From assembly GCA_004022145.1 (NCBI GenBank), contig RCNU01000009.1: a stretch of 64,000 nt of DNA; one strand, written 5' to 3'. The translations under genes were made by a program, and so were the position numbers. Positions 23,876 to 38,096 of the stretch are shown one piece after another (the stretch's first letter is position 1; each line of letters opens with the position of its first letter). This DNA is from Paecilomyces variotii (Eukaryota). The notes below the pieces were generated by a model that did not search any database, was not told the DNA's origin, and saw only the letters and a program-made list of their open reading frames with translations.

Positions 23876-26630
23876 TGTGAATGTTGCGAGCGTGTCCTGC
23901 TCGAGTGTAAATTTTTCTGTGATGCGGGGCGCTGTCAAGGTTTGTTGTCCTGTGATATTGGATGTACAGGATGCTGCTTTAATTGTGCAAGTGAATCACT
24001 GGTCTATTATTTCGAGTCGTCAATTGATATCGATATGAGGTGAGGCGGTATATAGATAAGAAGGGGTCGATGGATCGTAGGAGAATTGAGGAGCGGACCG
24101 GATAAGAGGGGTGGAGGGGGGTTATCGAAAGGATGATAAAGAGTTTTATCTGCGCTGGGAATACACCCCGGGGTCCTCTGGCGGACGTCGAAGTGTCTCT
24201 TCCGTGATCGTACCTAGGGGCAATTTCGACGTGCCGAACAAGCGTCGAAAGAGGAGCAGATATCGTCGAGTCGAATTGAAATACTTGATGAGCTGTCTGG
24301 ACTGGGGGGCATGCGGACATGCTCCCCAGTGAGGACTTTACAGCTCAGCGAAAGCCATTTGGCGGATTTCTCGACGATATCTGGGACAGGTAAAACTCGA
24401 ATTTGATAAGGGGGAGGTTTGGAAATCGAAGATGCGATAATCTCACAGAGGGGAGGACGAAGCTGGAAGAGGGGAGAGAGGAAGAGGAAAGGAAGGGGAA
24501 AAGTCGAAGATCTCGCGCGGGAAAAGCATACTGGAGGCTGCAGGCGGAACCCTTTTTTGGCGCCATGTGGAGTCTGCCCCTCATTGGCCCGTTCGCCTCA
24601 CCGCATCTTTTTCACCCTCCCGCGGGCCAATCACACCGCGGCAGCCTCAGGTACTTGTCACGCCCCGGCAGAAGAAAGAGACGGCGATGTGAGATACAAT
24701 CAGACAATCGACCAGATGCCTTTGACCGCCCCGTTTGGACCGCTCTACTGGATGAGAATCGCATTGATCCTCGATGATCGGGCTGGAGTCTGCGATCTGG
24801 ATGATTCGCAGCAGATGGTATTCTTGTTCTGGTGGGGGAGCCTAGGCGAAGTCTGTCCCCGACAAGCTGGACACCCCATCCGGACATGGTTTGGTGAGCC
24901 AGTGATGAATACACGACACACAAGAGTCACAGACAGACAGACAGACAGACAGGCCCGCTCGCTGGCGTCGACTCATCCGTCAAGCCTCAAGGACACGGTA
25001 GCTGCTCTAGATCCGATACTACGCAGATCGTCCAGCATCTGACCACTAACGACCAACTATGCTAGAATCACTAACTAGACGAGACAAGACAATTGCGATG
25101 ATGGTCTGGCACTGTTGATGGACTAGAAATCTCCGGTCAATGACTTGCATCGACCGTCATGGCCCTGCAGGGCCAAATGGAGCAGAGCAAAACAGGCAGA
25201 ACGACAAGCACAAGACCTGATACTCCAACCGTTGACCCGCCTCGTGCGGCCAGTCCACCAGAGCACCGGGAAAAGCACGAGCTCTGTCCCAGACGTCAGG
25301 AGCGCCTATCGCCCCGTGCTGCCTGCTCAGATCGCAGACGAGTATGGTACAGTACCATATCCTGTTATGGCATAGGATCGATACATGAGCCAACTTGGTA
25401 CAACTACGGATACGCTGCGAAGAATGGTGATTCAGAGGATTCAGACTTCTCCATTGCATGCTTTTGCTGTGGCATCATTGGCCCACGCCGCTCGTCATCA
25501 AACCGGCCCATGAATCATCTTACTGGATCGGGCTGTCTGCCTGCGCCAATGGCTAACCTGCATGTCCCGATTCCGAACCAGTTCAGATTCACATACTGCA
25601 AAGGTTGGCAGGAAACGCCGGGATGAGCTGTCAGTTTTGCCTTTTGCGATGGACGAACAAAAAACAGGCTGAGATCGAACGCCTCGGGGAATAATACAGT
25701 CATCGAGTGCTTTTTCCACATGGCCTGGCCGCGGTCCGTGCGAATAGACTTTCTATTCTTTACTTCTCCTTCTTATCTTGACGCAAAATATAGAAATTGA
25801 CCTCACGGGGCGAGCGGTAATATCCTGCCACCGGATATCCTATGTGTAAAAACAATTATACTAGTACTGCCCTTTTTCGCCCTCGGGGACTTTCTTTCTC
25901 AGGAGGCGACAGCAAAACCAACCGGCGGCTCCGCTCTGGATCGTTCTTACTTCGTTGTCCTCTTTTTTTTTCCTCCTTCCCGCCCCGCTGTAATAATACA
26001 AACTACTCGACAACTACTCCGCAGTGATGGCTATGCAGCAGTACAACTCTTCTTTTTTTTTTTTTTTCTCTCTCTTTCCTTTTCTTAGGTCCATCAGTGG
26101 GGATTTGTCTTTTTTGCTTACTTCACGATCTGCGGCGGCGCGTTTTGGCGGCAAAAGTCCGGTCAGGTGGCAATGCAGGCCCAGGCCTGGTCCCATTGGT
26201 CAATGCCCCCCGCGCGGACGTCTGATCTTCTAAGTTGTAAGGGTTCACATTGATCGTTAACTAGTAGAGTAGTATTTATGGTAGGTGATTTATTCTTTAC
26301 GCGCAACATCGGGTCTACTTGACTATGGTATGTTGTCAACGTCGATCAACTCGTTTACAGAAAAGCTGCCCAAGGTTCGCTATGATTCATCGACTCCTTC
26401 CAGAACGCCAATCCAGTCCGGTTAATTAGCTTTCGGTCCTCTATCCGCCCCGGTTTCCCCTTTGGGACCCGCCCGACATCCAACCATGGTAACTCCCCGT
26501 TTCAAACGCAACATGATTATTGAACAAGTGGCCTCTCTCGAAGGGTATCGATAACGACGCATGTAATAATAGTAATAATAATATCCACGAGCTGCTGGCG
26601 CCATCGAGCCGACGGGCCAGAGAGGCGACA

Positions 26631-28193
26631 TTAGGTCCCCGCGTATGGCTGGACGCTTGATCTGGTGCTCTGCTTGCGGGAAAATAATCTGAACTGAGAC
26701 GAAATGCTTGCTGCTGCCGGTGGAGATGATGATGATGATGATGCTGATTGCAGGCTCGTCTCGTTGTCGTGATTGTTGCTGTTGTTGTTCTCTTTCTCCT
26801 TTTCCTCTGCCACCGCGAGGGCCGCCGCACGCGCTTCCCGAGCCTGCTGGACACCTCTGCGGACTTCCTCGAGGTCTGCTCCCTGAGGGGCCATCGTGGT
26901 GAGCGTTTCAGTGCTCCGGATTCTATCGTCGGAGCTCTGCTCGTTCATTCTCTGGATTTCCTCCTCGGTCACTATGCGCTCGTTCTCTAGCCGCACTTCT
27001 CGTCCCCGCTTGTGGCAGTACCAGAGCACGAACAAAAGAACTGTCAAAAGAGTTAGCACCAGTAGACGGAGGTTTCATAGTGGAATAGATGGCATGGAGG
27101 GGTTATGGACTTACTGAATAGTGCGAGGGACCACAGCACGTTCATGCCTAGGACGGCAGGGAATCTAGCCCTGAGAAAGGCCATAATGGACCGCAACATG
27201 CCAACGATAGCCGCCGGCTTGCCCACCAGCTCCTTTAGGCTGGGGACCTTCACTCCCATCTTTCTCGCAGCTGCAGCAGCCTTGCCTGCATTCTCCACAT
27301 TGATCCCACTCTTTCCAGCCCTCTCTGCAGCTGCAGCCAGGATCTCGGGGGCTAGGGTCTCCGTCCACTTGTCTGGGAGTCGTTCGATCAATTTCTGGAG
27401 AAAACTGGGGAGCTGCGAGTAGGTTTGCTGCAGCTGTTTATTTCCGTTCGTAAGGAGCGATTCAAGGTCATGGTAGGCAGTGGGCACGCCGTTAATCAGA
27501 TCCTTGAAGATGAGCTTGAATTTACGAAGCAGCTCCTGTGTCTCGTCACTGATCGAGAAGACACGGTTGTTCACTGCTGCCAGATTCAGTCGTTCGAGAA
27601 CGTCAGTCATATCTTCCGTTTCCCGCTGCGCCTCTCCGTCGCTGACTGTTCCCGTCGCATTCACATCCAGACCGGGTCTATCTAGCCCTGCGGCGACTTC
27701 GGACACATCTGCTGCAGCTGTCTGTTTTTCCTATCAAGGGTGATAACAGTCAATATATGTTTATCCCACGGCAGACCAAAGAGTATGGCTAACGCACCTG
27801 TTTGCTGTCCTTCGCCAGTTTACGCATCCAGCTCCATCGTGTATTCTTTTTGGCCTTCTCTGCAGATTCAGAAGGCTCTTCCCCCATACTTTTTACTCCC
27901 TCCTCGCTCTTGATATTTTCATCTGCTGCTAGTTCCCTGCCTACCTCTTCTGCTGGTGACAATGGCAGCGGGATATTCTGAGCGCCATCCATCAGAGCGA
28001 TCTGCGCGTCCTTTCCCACCGGCTGATTATTAGATTCCTGTGTCGCAACGTCATCAGGTAGGGGTGCTGCATCTGTTTGGGATGTCACGCGTTGCAGGAA
28101 CGCTTCATCCTCTTCCGTCAGGACAGGATCAGGCTGCTTTGCCCGGGAAGATCGCGTCTTCGCTCGTAGCTGGTTGAAGTATTGCATTGCCAT
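26631..28193 (-). CDS. Fungal hypothetical protein with C-terminal transmembrane segment, 3 exons
   Basis: MAMQYFNQ...KDSKQ|EKQTAAA...LNLAAVNNRVFSIS...FKDLINGVPTAYHDLE...NVLWSLALF|ILLFVLWYCHKRGREVRLE...QPYAGT*; canonical in-frame introns. Confidence 0.85.
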
Positions 28194-30284
28194 GGTGGTT
28201 CTGTTTCTTAGGCCTGGAGGTATAAACTAAATGTCTCTGGATAATCGCAGGCAATAAAGAGCGTCCACGTTGTGGCGTAGTTCCACTCCCAGACGAGTCT
28301 GGAATGTTGGCTGCCTGCTACCATAGATCTCGAGTAAGCCAGCGCAATAACGATAACGCAACGGTCGTGAACGAAATCCGCGAATAGATTGCAGCAAAAC
28401 AATGAAGAGTATACCAGAAAAAGTCAAGAAGAAAATCGCTCAATATATCAGATATCTGGCACCCGCCCTGATTCTTGATCGATCATTTATCCCGCCTCCC
28501 CCGCGTGATGATATCACTGATAACCACGGCCCAGCCACACCCTCACGATCTCTGGGCAGCCTGGGCTTGGCTTCCTCGCGAATCAAATGTCACATAGATC
28601 GAGCACAGCCACTTAGATCCACCATCACATGGGATATCAGTATTACGAGTATTAAGATGGAGTGGCTATTATCTGTTAACACTATTAGAACACGTTTCTG
28701 CTCTGTGACTTTACTGACCATATTCACGCAAGAAATCCTATGCATACAGCAAACACAATAAACCGCTTCTCCTGTAGTACTTAGCTACGTAGATCGCAAA
28801 ATATATTTCAAGTACTGGCGCACCTCCGATCGACATATTTAAGTATGCATTTACGTTCTATTCGCCCGCTGCAAAGTAGAAGAAATAATGTTCTGATCAT
28901 AACAGCGAACCATCAGGTTAAATAGTCCATGGACGCCTGGAACCGACTGCGCTTGGCGAGTAGGCTACCTATTCAGTTGACTCAAACAGGCGCTATCATT
29001 CAAGCGTTAATCAGTCTCTTCATGTTAGCTAGGTACAGAGCATATAATCTTGGCTCGTCATTTGCGATGCAGCTAGCACTATCTGCCCTTCAGGGTCAAT
29101 ATGGTAAAATTAAATCTAGTTAGAATACTTCCTGTTGGCATCCTTTAAGAGTAACAGTGACTACATAGTATTGTAAGGCTCAGCTGAAGGTTGAGCTTGC
29201 TGGAAAGCGAATTTTCATTCTCGACATGGATTTGAGCTATGGTACAAGGCTTATCCACTAGTACTCGAGTATAGCCGGACCCGAGAAGGCTCTTTTCTTG
29301 ACCCTGTCCTCACTATCGCCGCTTCACACGGCCATCCAGCTATGTAAACGAGGCATATAGCAATGCTCCTATCCAATAATGAAAATAGGGGCGGCCTTCC
29401 TAGTCTACTGGATTCTGTCCTGCAGTATATGTGATCGAGAGTATAGTAAAGGATACGGCTTGAGTGTACCTGACTAGGACATGAGGACGGCATCACGGTA
29501 GCTGTTTGTGGATAATCTTCGTTAAATACTTTTACAGTTTGTACGGATATCCTGGAGGTCGCGAAAAGGTTGTTTGGCGATAGGTGCCAGATTCCTCTCA
29601 TCCTTGCGTGTCTCCCCCACTATAAATGACAGTACCGTGAGAAGACTCAGACACAGTCGTTGGATATGGTATGAATGCTCTTATCGATCAAGGCAGCCGA
29701 AGGCTAATGTGATATTAGATACACAGAGACATATACATCAAAACGATATCTCTCCTCTAGGTATGCCCTATCGGGGGCAGGCGGACTCCTAGAGGCGACT
29801 GGGACGATATACATGGTTTGAGGGAAATGCATCTAGCTACGCCAAGGCACTCTATACAACGCCAGATCAGGAAATAGTTCGAAGTCCCAGGATATAAGTG
29901 CTAGGGGACACCAAATCAACCACTTTAACCCCACGCTTACCTATCTATCAGATTAGCCATATGACGTAAGTAGCAACAGATTCTCTCTGTCCTCACTTAC
30001 AGTCTCACTTACAGTGCACTGTGACCTCCAGGGCTCTTTGTTGTGGTTTCCTGAACGCGTTAGCGCGTCTGTCTCCTTGGATATCTAACCTTACCACCGT
30101 TCAGCTAGGAACACTTCCTCCCTCTCTCTGACACCTCACAGTCAGATAGCTGCTGTTTGATCACCTCCAATCACCGCGTCGTTCATATCAAAACCTGTGA
30201 ACCAAGACATACTCTGAACATGTATGGTAACCATCTAGCCCACAAGTGTTCTTTCCACTGATGTTTTGAAATGATAGTGCCAAC

Positions 30285-31468
30285 ATGGAGAAACACAGGA
30301 TCAAAAGGACCGCAGACAATCCAGCCATCACCAAGGAGATGATGGCACGCATGCTCGACAGTCCTAGATGGGATGCCCCATACTTTGCTCACGAGCGTCT
30401 GAACAGCTTGACCTATCCTGCCGGTAAGTCCATTTTCACTCATTTGAGATAGTTGCACCCTTTGCAAGGGAATAGAAAGCATCCAAAGGATGTCGAATAA
30501 GTGCCCTGTATCAGTGCTGACTTCCTCTCAGATATCGGAAAGCCCATTGGCCCGGCTCCTGAGAACCCTCTTCCAGCAGCGCCAGCGGAGACTAAAGCGA
30601 AGGACGCGAAGACCGATCCCGACTGCGCTGACGAGCTCGACGACAACTGGGACTTTCTCAAGGAATTCGACGCTGATTTCGCCTTGAACGCCGTAAGCTT
30701 CTGGCAGCCATCCTCTCTATGGCAACTTTCATTTCTGACATCGGGATCATGTATAGGACCTTGAGACTTTGCTTGATAGTGATTTCCTCGAGCCTGGCTG
30801 CTGTGACTTCTCCGAGTCTGACGAGGATACCAAGCCGGCCGATAAACCAGTCCCGCAGGTCAAAAAAGAGCGTCCGGTCCACTGCAAGAAGGTCATCGCC
30901 GAGATGGATTCGGACGACGAACTGCTTTGGAACCTTAAGCTGGCCAAGTGGACTGAAAAGCAGATCCATGCACGTTTTCTTGCCGAAGGCCGGACCGAGT
31001 ACAGCCAAAAGACCATCGGAACGCGCTTCTGTCGTATGAAGAAGACCATGCGCGATCATGTTGACAATCTTCTGAAGGCGGGAGAGATTGATTGGTTCTC
31101 CAAGGACGTAAGCGCCCCCATGAGTGCAGCATGCTTTAACGTAACAGTACTCATAATTGATGGCTGACATTGCTTAGGACGAGGCCCTCAAGCTCGCAAT
31201 CTCCCGGGCTGATGAAAAGGTTCGCAGGATCCAGAGGAATCTGGAAAAGTACAAATGGGACATCGTCTCGCGCGAGATCAAAGAACTGAACCCTCTTGCC
31301 GACTACTCTGGCGAGGCCTGCCGCGACCGTCACTATGCCCATATGCGTGGTTCTGCGACTGTCCCCTTGGACCTGCGCACCGATGCTGACACCAAGACCC
31401 AGGCTCTTGTCAAAATGCGTAGGTGCAGAGAGCTCAAGTTGCGTATGCTCGAGCAGATTGCGAGATAA
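30285..31468 (+). CDS. Hypothetical protein with Myb/SANT-like helix-turn-helix regions, 4 exons
   Basis: Spliced in frame: MEKHRIKRT...LTYPA|DIGKP...ALNA|DLETLL...MDSDDELLWNLKLAKWTEKQIHARFLAEGRTEYSQKTIGTRF...DWFSKD|DEALKLAI...KWDIVSREIK...YSGEACRDRH...QIAR*. The W...W..V...CR.R spacing is Myb-like. Confidence 0.78.
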
Positions 31469-32250
31469 GTGTCACAGTGAGTGGCTGGAAGAGACTTGGA
31501 AGTCTTCTTAACGGAATGCTTTTCGCATAAGACATCAGTCCTACATGATGGAATGGCATCGCCTCGTTGTGGGTCCTGTTGGGCCTAAATACTGTCTTTA
31601 ACGGTGGAAACCGCGTGGTGTACGATAGGTGGACATGCAAGTGCCCTTTGTTCCTAGCTGTATCTTCTCGATGACGGGTCCTCGCTGTTCCAGGCAGGGA
31701 TGGTCATATCGATGAAATGGATTAGCTTGATTGACGAAGATAATTTGCTGGAGAGCGTAGTTATCAAGCCTTGTAGTCGAGATAGTCAGCCCCGCATCGG
31801 CCCGTCCGGTCCCAGAGAATGCCAGAAGCGCCCTGAAGTTCAAGTTCAACGCCCGGAGATCGTCGCTCTAGACTATCTAAGTATTGGTATTGGCGCCTCG
31901 AGAACCGAGTCACATGACCGCCCCTCTGCTACTAGATATCACGCTGCATCCCATCCTCTGCTCCTTTCCTTTCTTCCTCACGCTTCTCAGAGTCGACCGA
32001 TTGCATCGTTCGTGAGTCTATCGATTCGCGTGCGTCAAGTCTGGACTGGATTTGTTTCTTGTAGCTCTCAAGGCAGCAAGAGGCATCTCTTGGAAAGGCT
32101 TCCAGGGCTCCCGCATGCCAAGTGTGTTGAGCAGCGTCAGGCTTCCTAGGGAACTCCTTTACACTCTTTAGATTTATGGTTCTTCTGCCTTTCTCCTCCC
32201 CTTCGTCGTTCGTTACTTCAGACAGCCACTTCACTTCCACTCGTGACGCG

Positions 32251-33260
32251 ATGTTCAAACGCTCGTTTACTTCAAAGGACCGGGTAGGCAAGGTTGTTAA
32301 GCCGGTCAAGAAGACTTATCGCGAACACGCGAAGGCGAAGATGCAGGAAAAACTGGACAGTCCGCCGCTGCAGAGGTGAGGGATATTCAGCATTGCAATG
32401 TCCTATCCGAGTTTGAAATGTATACTAACGGGACCCTTCCGGCAGCCCTCTCACCAGCCCCATTGTCACTATAGTGGTGGGTCATGAGCAGCGTTTGTTC
32501 GCTGCGCATGAGGATGTACTGTCTCGTTCGCCATTCTTCTGTGAAATGCTAAAGGGACAATTCCTGGAGGCAAGCACGAAGCAGGTGGACCTGCCGGACG
32601 AGTGCGTTGTCTGTACCTGGAAAGACTTCTACAGTTCGGCTGACAGTACAATAGAGAACCTGAGACACTGTCCTGTGTCCTCGAATTCCTCTACAAGGGT
32701 GACTACTTCCCCCGCTTGTTGCATAACAGGCGCCGAAACTCTTGGGAACTCGAAGACGCCCAGGACATCCATAAAACCGGTGGTCGCGGCTCCAGCGAGC
32801 CCACAATGTTTCATTCTGGCGTCGGTGATGATGTCCTTCGGGACACCGTCATCTATTGCGCAGCTGAGAAGTACGGCTTGGAGGATCTCAAATCTCTTGC
32901 TCTTCGAAAGCAAGGGTTGCAGAGTGGAATCCCGGTCGACGTGATCTTGCGATCCGCTCGGTATGCCTACGATAACACGCCAGACACGGAATCGCGGCTC
33001 CGCGCTCATTACCTAGCTCTGATCATCAGAAGTCGTAAGACTTTCAAGAGGAGTGGAACCATGCAGATGGAGATGGAGGCCGGTGGCAAATTGTTTTTCG
33101 ATCTGTTCGTTGCGATGTCCAACCATATCGATGATGTTGTGGAGATCAGGTAAGCCTCTAGTACTCCCCTAGCATTCCCACTATCTTGCCATGCTTTGTT
33201 TTCTAGTTGCTCATCGTATATGTTGTGAGCAGCAATAAGCGGTCGCCCAAAGTTATCTAA
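32251..33260 (+). CDS. BTB/POZ domain protein, 4 exons
   Basis: SPIVTIVVGHEQRLFAAHEDVLSRSPFF...VDLPDE|EPETLSCVLEFLYKGDY...IYCAAEKYGLEDLKSLALRK; last mini-exon NKRSPKVI*. The start could instead be the in-frame ATG at 32176. Confidence 0.9.
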
Positions 33261-34159
33261 GGGGTTGAAACGAGGCACGACAGATTGAACGGCATGGTAC
33301 TTGGATCAGAAACAGGGTTTCGAAACCAGAATGGCAGGATGACAACGAGATGCGCATCTAGCGCGTTTGCTGATACACGAAGAATGACTACTTCACTTCT
33401 CGAGGTTGGCCGCCAACTTTGGTTTAGGAGAGAGATCTCCAGTGCTCTTTTTTTTAATCATGACCCTTGGCGTTGGCAATTTGCTTGTACCTGTTTACCA
33501 CAGTCCTCTGGAAGGAACGACATCCCAGCCTGCGACATCCTTCGCAACGAGTTTCCTTTTTGAATGTTTTGTATTATGGACATCTGTTTATGGATATCTG
33601 CCTTCCGCGCGCCTTGACGTGGAGGTGTCTACTTGTACGATACTTCCCGGCTGCGAGAGCCTCGTGATGATCTTGAGACACATAGGAATTGAGAGATTCG
33701 GCCACCTCACTTTTTTCCCACCTTATTCTAAAAGACGAAATCTAACCAGTACCACAGCGTGTAGTCACATTAACTCTAACCTACTCCTTTCTCTCAATTG
33801 TGTCCCTGCGTGACCTGCTCGTATCGTAAGACCTGAAAACTTGACGGTCACAGCACCGTTCTCATATATCACTATTCTCTCATATGCCTCAGATAATGCC
33901 GAGTTGCTGATGTCCAAGGAATGACATCTACGTTCTAATCTTGTAGACCTTTTCCGCGCCATCTATCCTCTATCCTGTCTCAAAGTCTTTAACTCTCAAC
34001 TTCACGTTCGACCAGGCAAAGGAGCAAATCCAGAATCCCCTAAGTTTGTAAACCAAAGTTCAAAAAATACCACAACCAGCTACCTGACTAGTCTCTCGTC
34101 CGTTTAATAATATCAAAAACTTCTATTTAGCCTCATTCACACCTAACACCTCGGGAAAA

Positions 34160-35881
34160 ATGGCCCGTCGTATGCTGAAAGAGCTAAAACCAATCGACCC
34201 CTCTCGCGATCTCCAACCTGGGGAAAGTTTCATCGTTTACTACAAGAACACTGGAATAGGTCGCAAGGACCTCTGGCTGGGGATCATCTGTCTCGAATCT
34301 ATGGTCCCCGCCATGTTACGCCGGTTTGCCAACGCACGACCAAAGGTCGGCGAGTGGGTGTATCTTCCGGGGAAGAATAATTAGTGAGTATCAGGGCATT
34401 CCTGGTGAAAAAAAGGAAGAATCATGCCCAAATCTTTTCTTTATTTGTTTTTCGTCGATTAATTAAATAATACCTGACTGGCTTAGTCAATGGCTAGAAA
34501 AGACGAATCTATACCACGTTGAAGCGAGACCTCCGAGCTCTCTTTCGAGTCCTCTGCGCCCTGATTCGAAGCTCTTCCTCACGTTGCATAAGATTGCTAA
34601 GAGCGGTAAAGATGCGGAATTCTGGTTCGAAATGGCAGCTGAAGAGCGCAAGGCCAAAGGGATACTTGACAGAAAGCCCAGTTTGGTTCTTCCTACGAAA
34701 AAGCCCGCAGAGAAGGACCCAATGACGCCTAAGTCGGATAGTCATGGATCCTCAAAGACAACAGATCAGCACCCGCAAACCAAAGAGGCAGGAGGCTTTC
34801 TAGCGCAGAAGAGATCGGGAGTTGATCAAGGATACGTGGACACCGGTACAAAGTCTCCTAGTACCGGAACTACCCCCAAAACATCGGACAGGGCCACACC
34901 GGATGATATCGAACCAGAGAGGCCTCCCGTCTCAGTTGATGCTTCTCCAAACTCGGAATCTGGGTCTAGGAATCCAACACCCAAGGGAAAATACGTGTAT
35001 AGGTCTGTGGGTACACAGACTGATCCGGAATCGCTACCAAGGTCGGTATAGTATGCTCTCCAATCCTGACATGTGAATCCATGCTAAATAGATCATTCAG
35101 ACATTCCCCCGATGACGTCTTCGATATCTACGTCGGTTCTGGTGCTGATCATGGCATATTTCAACTGTCTTTCAAGTCCATAGAAAAGTGTCCGCTGCTC
35201 ATAGCATATTTGAAGGACAAAGACGTTCCGTACATATTCCATCCAGGCCTCTATGGACTTCCCGCTTCCGAATTTGAGCCAATATATTCATTCCTAGTGA
35301 CTGGAGAGTTCGACCCCAAGCTTGTTGACAGAAGCAAAAGCGTTAACTCTGAAGAAAGGCCTCGCATTCTAGGTGATCAGTTCAGATTTGGACACAAATA
35401 TTCGTTGGCGGATATCGATAGCTCTGAAGAACTGGATAAGCAGATTCTTCGCTTTGGAAGGATTTATATGAATGCGGGAGTTTTCGGACTCGACATTCTT
35501 CAGGGACTTGCTCTATGGAAGATCCAAATCGCGTGGAACTCGTTTGCCGGACTTCATCACCTGGTCCCGATCCTCGAAGTGGCACAGATGACGACCGGCA
35601 AAGCCAACGGTGATCCAGAAGTAGGTGCTAATTCCAGTCGGGATCCGTTATACAACTGGATGATTGGGTTTTTCGCAGATACGATGGATCTCTTCTTTCA
35701 TAGTTGCCCGCATCAGTTTTGGGAGGTTATGGGATCTAATCATGAATTGCAGGAGTCTGTGATGAGACGGAGAGCGGAAAAGCTGGCAAAGGATCCCAGT
35801 CGATATCTGAACTTGGAGGAAATCATTGCGAGCCGTGATAGCAGTAGATTTCCACACCAAAGTGGTCAGATGGAAGGTTAA
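34160..35881 (+). CDS. Hypothetical protein with PWWP-like N-terminus and divergent BTB-like C-terminus, 3 exons
   Basis: Exon 1 ...DLWLGIICLESMVP...YLPGKNN-Y|QWLEKTNL; low-complexity linker; exon 3 FDIYVGSG...FEPIYSFLVTGEFDP...GRIYMNAGVFGLDILQGLALWKIQ. Confidence 0.72.
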
Positions 35882-36596
35882 GCGAATAGATCTCCTAAGA
35901 CACTGAGGGCCACCCGGGTAATTTCTGTTGTCCCAATTCTTTCGGATGTTTTGGTTGGCTTGTACACGCAAGTACCTGTTTCCTTTTATTTGGCATGTTA
36001 CGATTCGATTTCAAAATCAAGTTCAGATTTCGAAATTGAGAGCTCATCTGTATTTCAACTCCATAATATCTGCGTGCCAAACTGTCTTGTTCTTGCCCCG
36101 ATGCTATTAGCAAGACATGTATCTAACGGGCTTATTACAATCACCAATTAAATGAATCTCGGCTGTGTCATCATCGATATCTTATTTCACAAGTCGAAAC
36201 CTCTCGAGGAACGAAAAGTCTACCCTTTCAGCAGTAAAAGCACCGCATGTGCAACTAAGCTTATCTTATTGATCGTAGGACCGTGGTGAGAGACGGTCTG
36301 CCACAGCGCAGCGCCAACCCGCGGGAGATCGACGCTACTACGCGGAAGTAATAAGCGAACCAAACCACATGGCCTTAATCGGAGATTGGAGCAAGTCAAG
36401 GCCACCTCTCCGCATCTGACTGTCTTCATTCAAGTCGAGCTTTCGGCTTAACACCTACGGCCAGGAGCCCTTTCGAAGCGCGTTGAAGCTCCTAGGTTCT
36501 TCAATTCTTGGTCTGTCTAGCCCCGCGGCCTCCCATACATAGCCGCGACAACCTGAAAGACGCGCCATCGCATCTTCAGAATAACCTCCGCCCATC

Positions 36597-37343
36597 ATGT
36601 TGTCCTTCCTTTCCTCGCACCTGTCCAACACGAGACAGTCGCTAGCGCAGGTCTTGAACTTTGCGCTGGTCCTCTCGACTGCTTTCATGATGTGGAAGGG
36701 GCTCTCTGTGTTTAGTAAGACACCCTGATCTCATGATTCAAATGGAGACCAACGTCGCTAACTTGTAATGCCCGAACGAAGCTGCCAGCTCAAGTCCGAT
36801 CGTCGTAGTTCTCTCCGGAAGTATGGAACCTGCGTTCCAGAGGGGCGACCTGCTATTCCTGTGGAACCGGAGTCCGAGGGCGGAAATTGGAGAGATCGTG
36901 GTGTATAATGTCAAGGGGAAGGATGTGCCAATCGTACACCGCGTCGTGAGGACATTCCCGGACGTCGAGGTTAAAGGAAAGAAGGGAAAGAAGGGGGTCA
37001 AGTGAGTACAAAGCTATTTCTGTTTTGTTCTCTGGGGTTGAAATCCCCTTGAAGACATTTCAATTGCACTCTTCTGACAGTTTGCTATTACAGGGCCCCT
37101 TCCCCCTCTGGTCCTGGCGAATCGCACATGCTCCTTACAAAGGGAGACAACAACCTAGCTTCGGATGAGGAACTATACGCAAAAGGTCAGGATTTCCTGA
37201 ACCGAAAGGAAGATCTCGTGGGCAGCGTGAGAGGATACATTCCCGCCGTGGGATACGTTACAATTATGCTCAGTGAGCACCCATGGCTAAAGAGCGTCCT
37301 ACTAGGAATAATGGGTTTATTGGTCATCTTGCAGCGGGAATAA
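36597..37343 (+). CDS. sec11: Signal peptidase complex catalytic subunit Sec11, 3 exons
   Basis: [39 protein letters not shown]...[22 protein letters not shown]...PIVHRV...LLTKGDNN...[11 protein letters not shown]...LQRE*. Confidence 0.97.
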
Positions 37344-38096
37344 AGAAAAAAGGAGACGGTGACATTTGCATTATGAAATTGGTATAGTTTAAGAAATGGG
37401 ATCCCCTATGCGAAGAAAAGAAAGGACACGGCCCTGGAAGTCCAACCATCCCTGTGCCACAGGGAACTATGCTGTAACGCTTTACAAGACGTTCTTGGAA
37501 GTTTTGACTGCACCTTTAATTTTCCTCGGGTCGCGAATGCCGCCCAGACAAGGTTTCTGCGCAACTACGGCTTTCTTCAATCGACAATGTAGGTCTGAGT
37601 ATATTGGTGGATAGAGGTGTCCAGGAGCTGTTCACTTGTCAACAACATCTCCGGTCTGTCCCAACCAAGTATGCGTGAGAATAGGGCGTAGGAATAAGTA
37701 CATAGGGATAGTGGCTTCGTTAAAAGTTGCATGTCAGTTAGGAAAGCTCAAACAAGTAAAATTCCCGACACGCTGTTGCACTGTACATGAATGAATGGAT
37801 AATTTACTTTCTTGTTGGATATACCAATTCGGCTAGCTCCGAGTTGGCGGACTGACGTCGACGCGACCGCGGGCTTGAAAATGACAGATTCATACACAAT
37901 AATTACAGTCTGTCTCTCAGTAACTGCATCGGTATGTTACTGCTATATGTGACTGGATCATGAGTCGATATCTATTTTAGGGACGCGACGCACTGTGACT
38001 TGGCTCTCTTTCGAGCTCTTCTGGTTTCCCTCCTGACCATCCTCTTTACCCCGCTATCGCACACTTGATCACTTCTCGAGCCCAAAAACACGCAAT

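Noticed and set aside
24000..26600. Many overlapping 60-200 aa ORFs
   Set aside because: GC-rich upstream region of the acidic-protein gene; the ORFs are low-complexity and mutually overlapping, with no family motifs.
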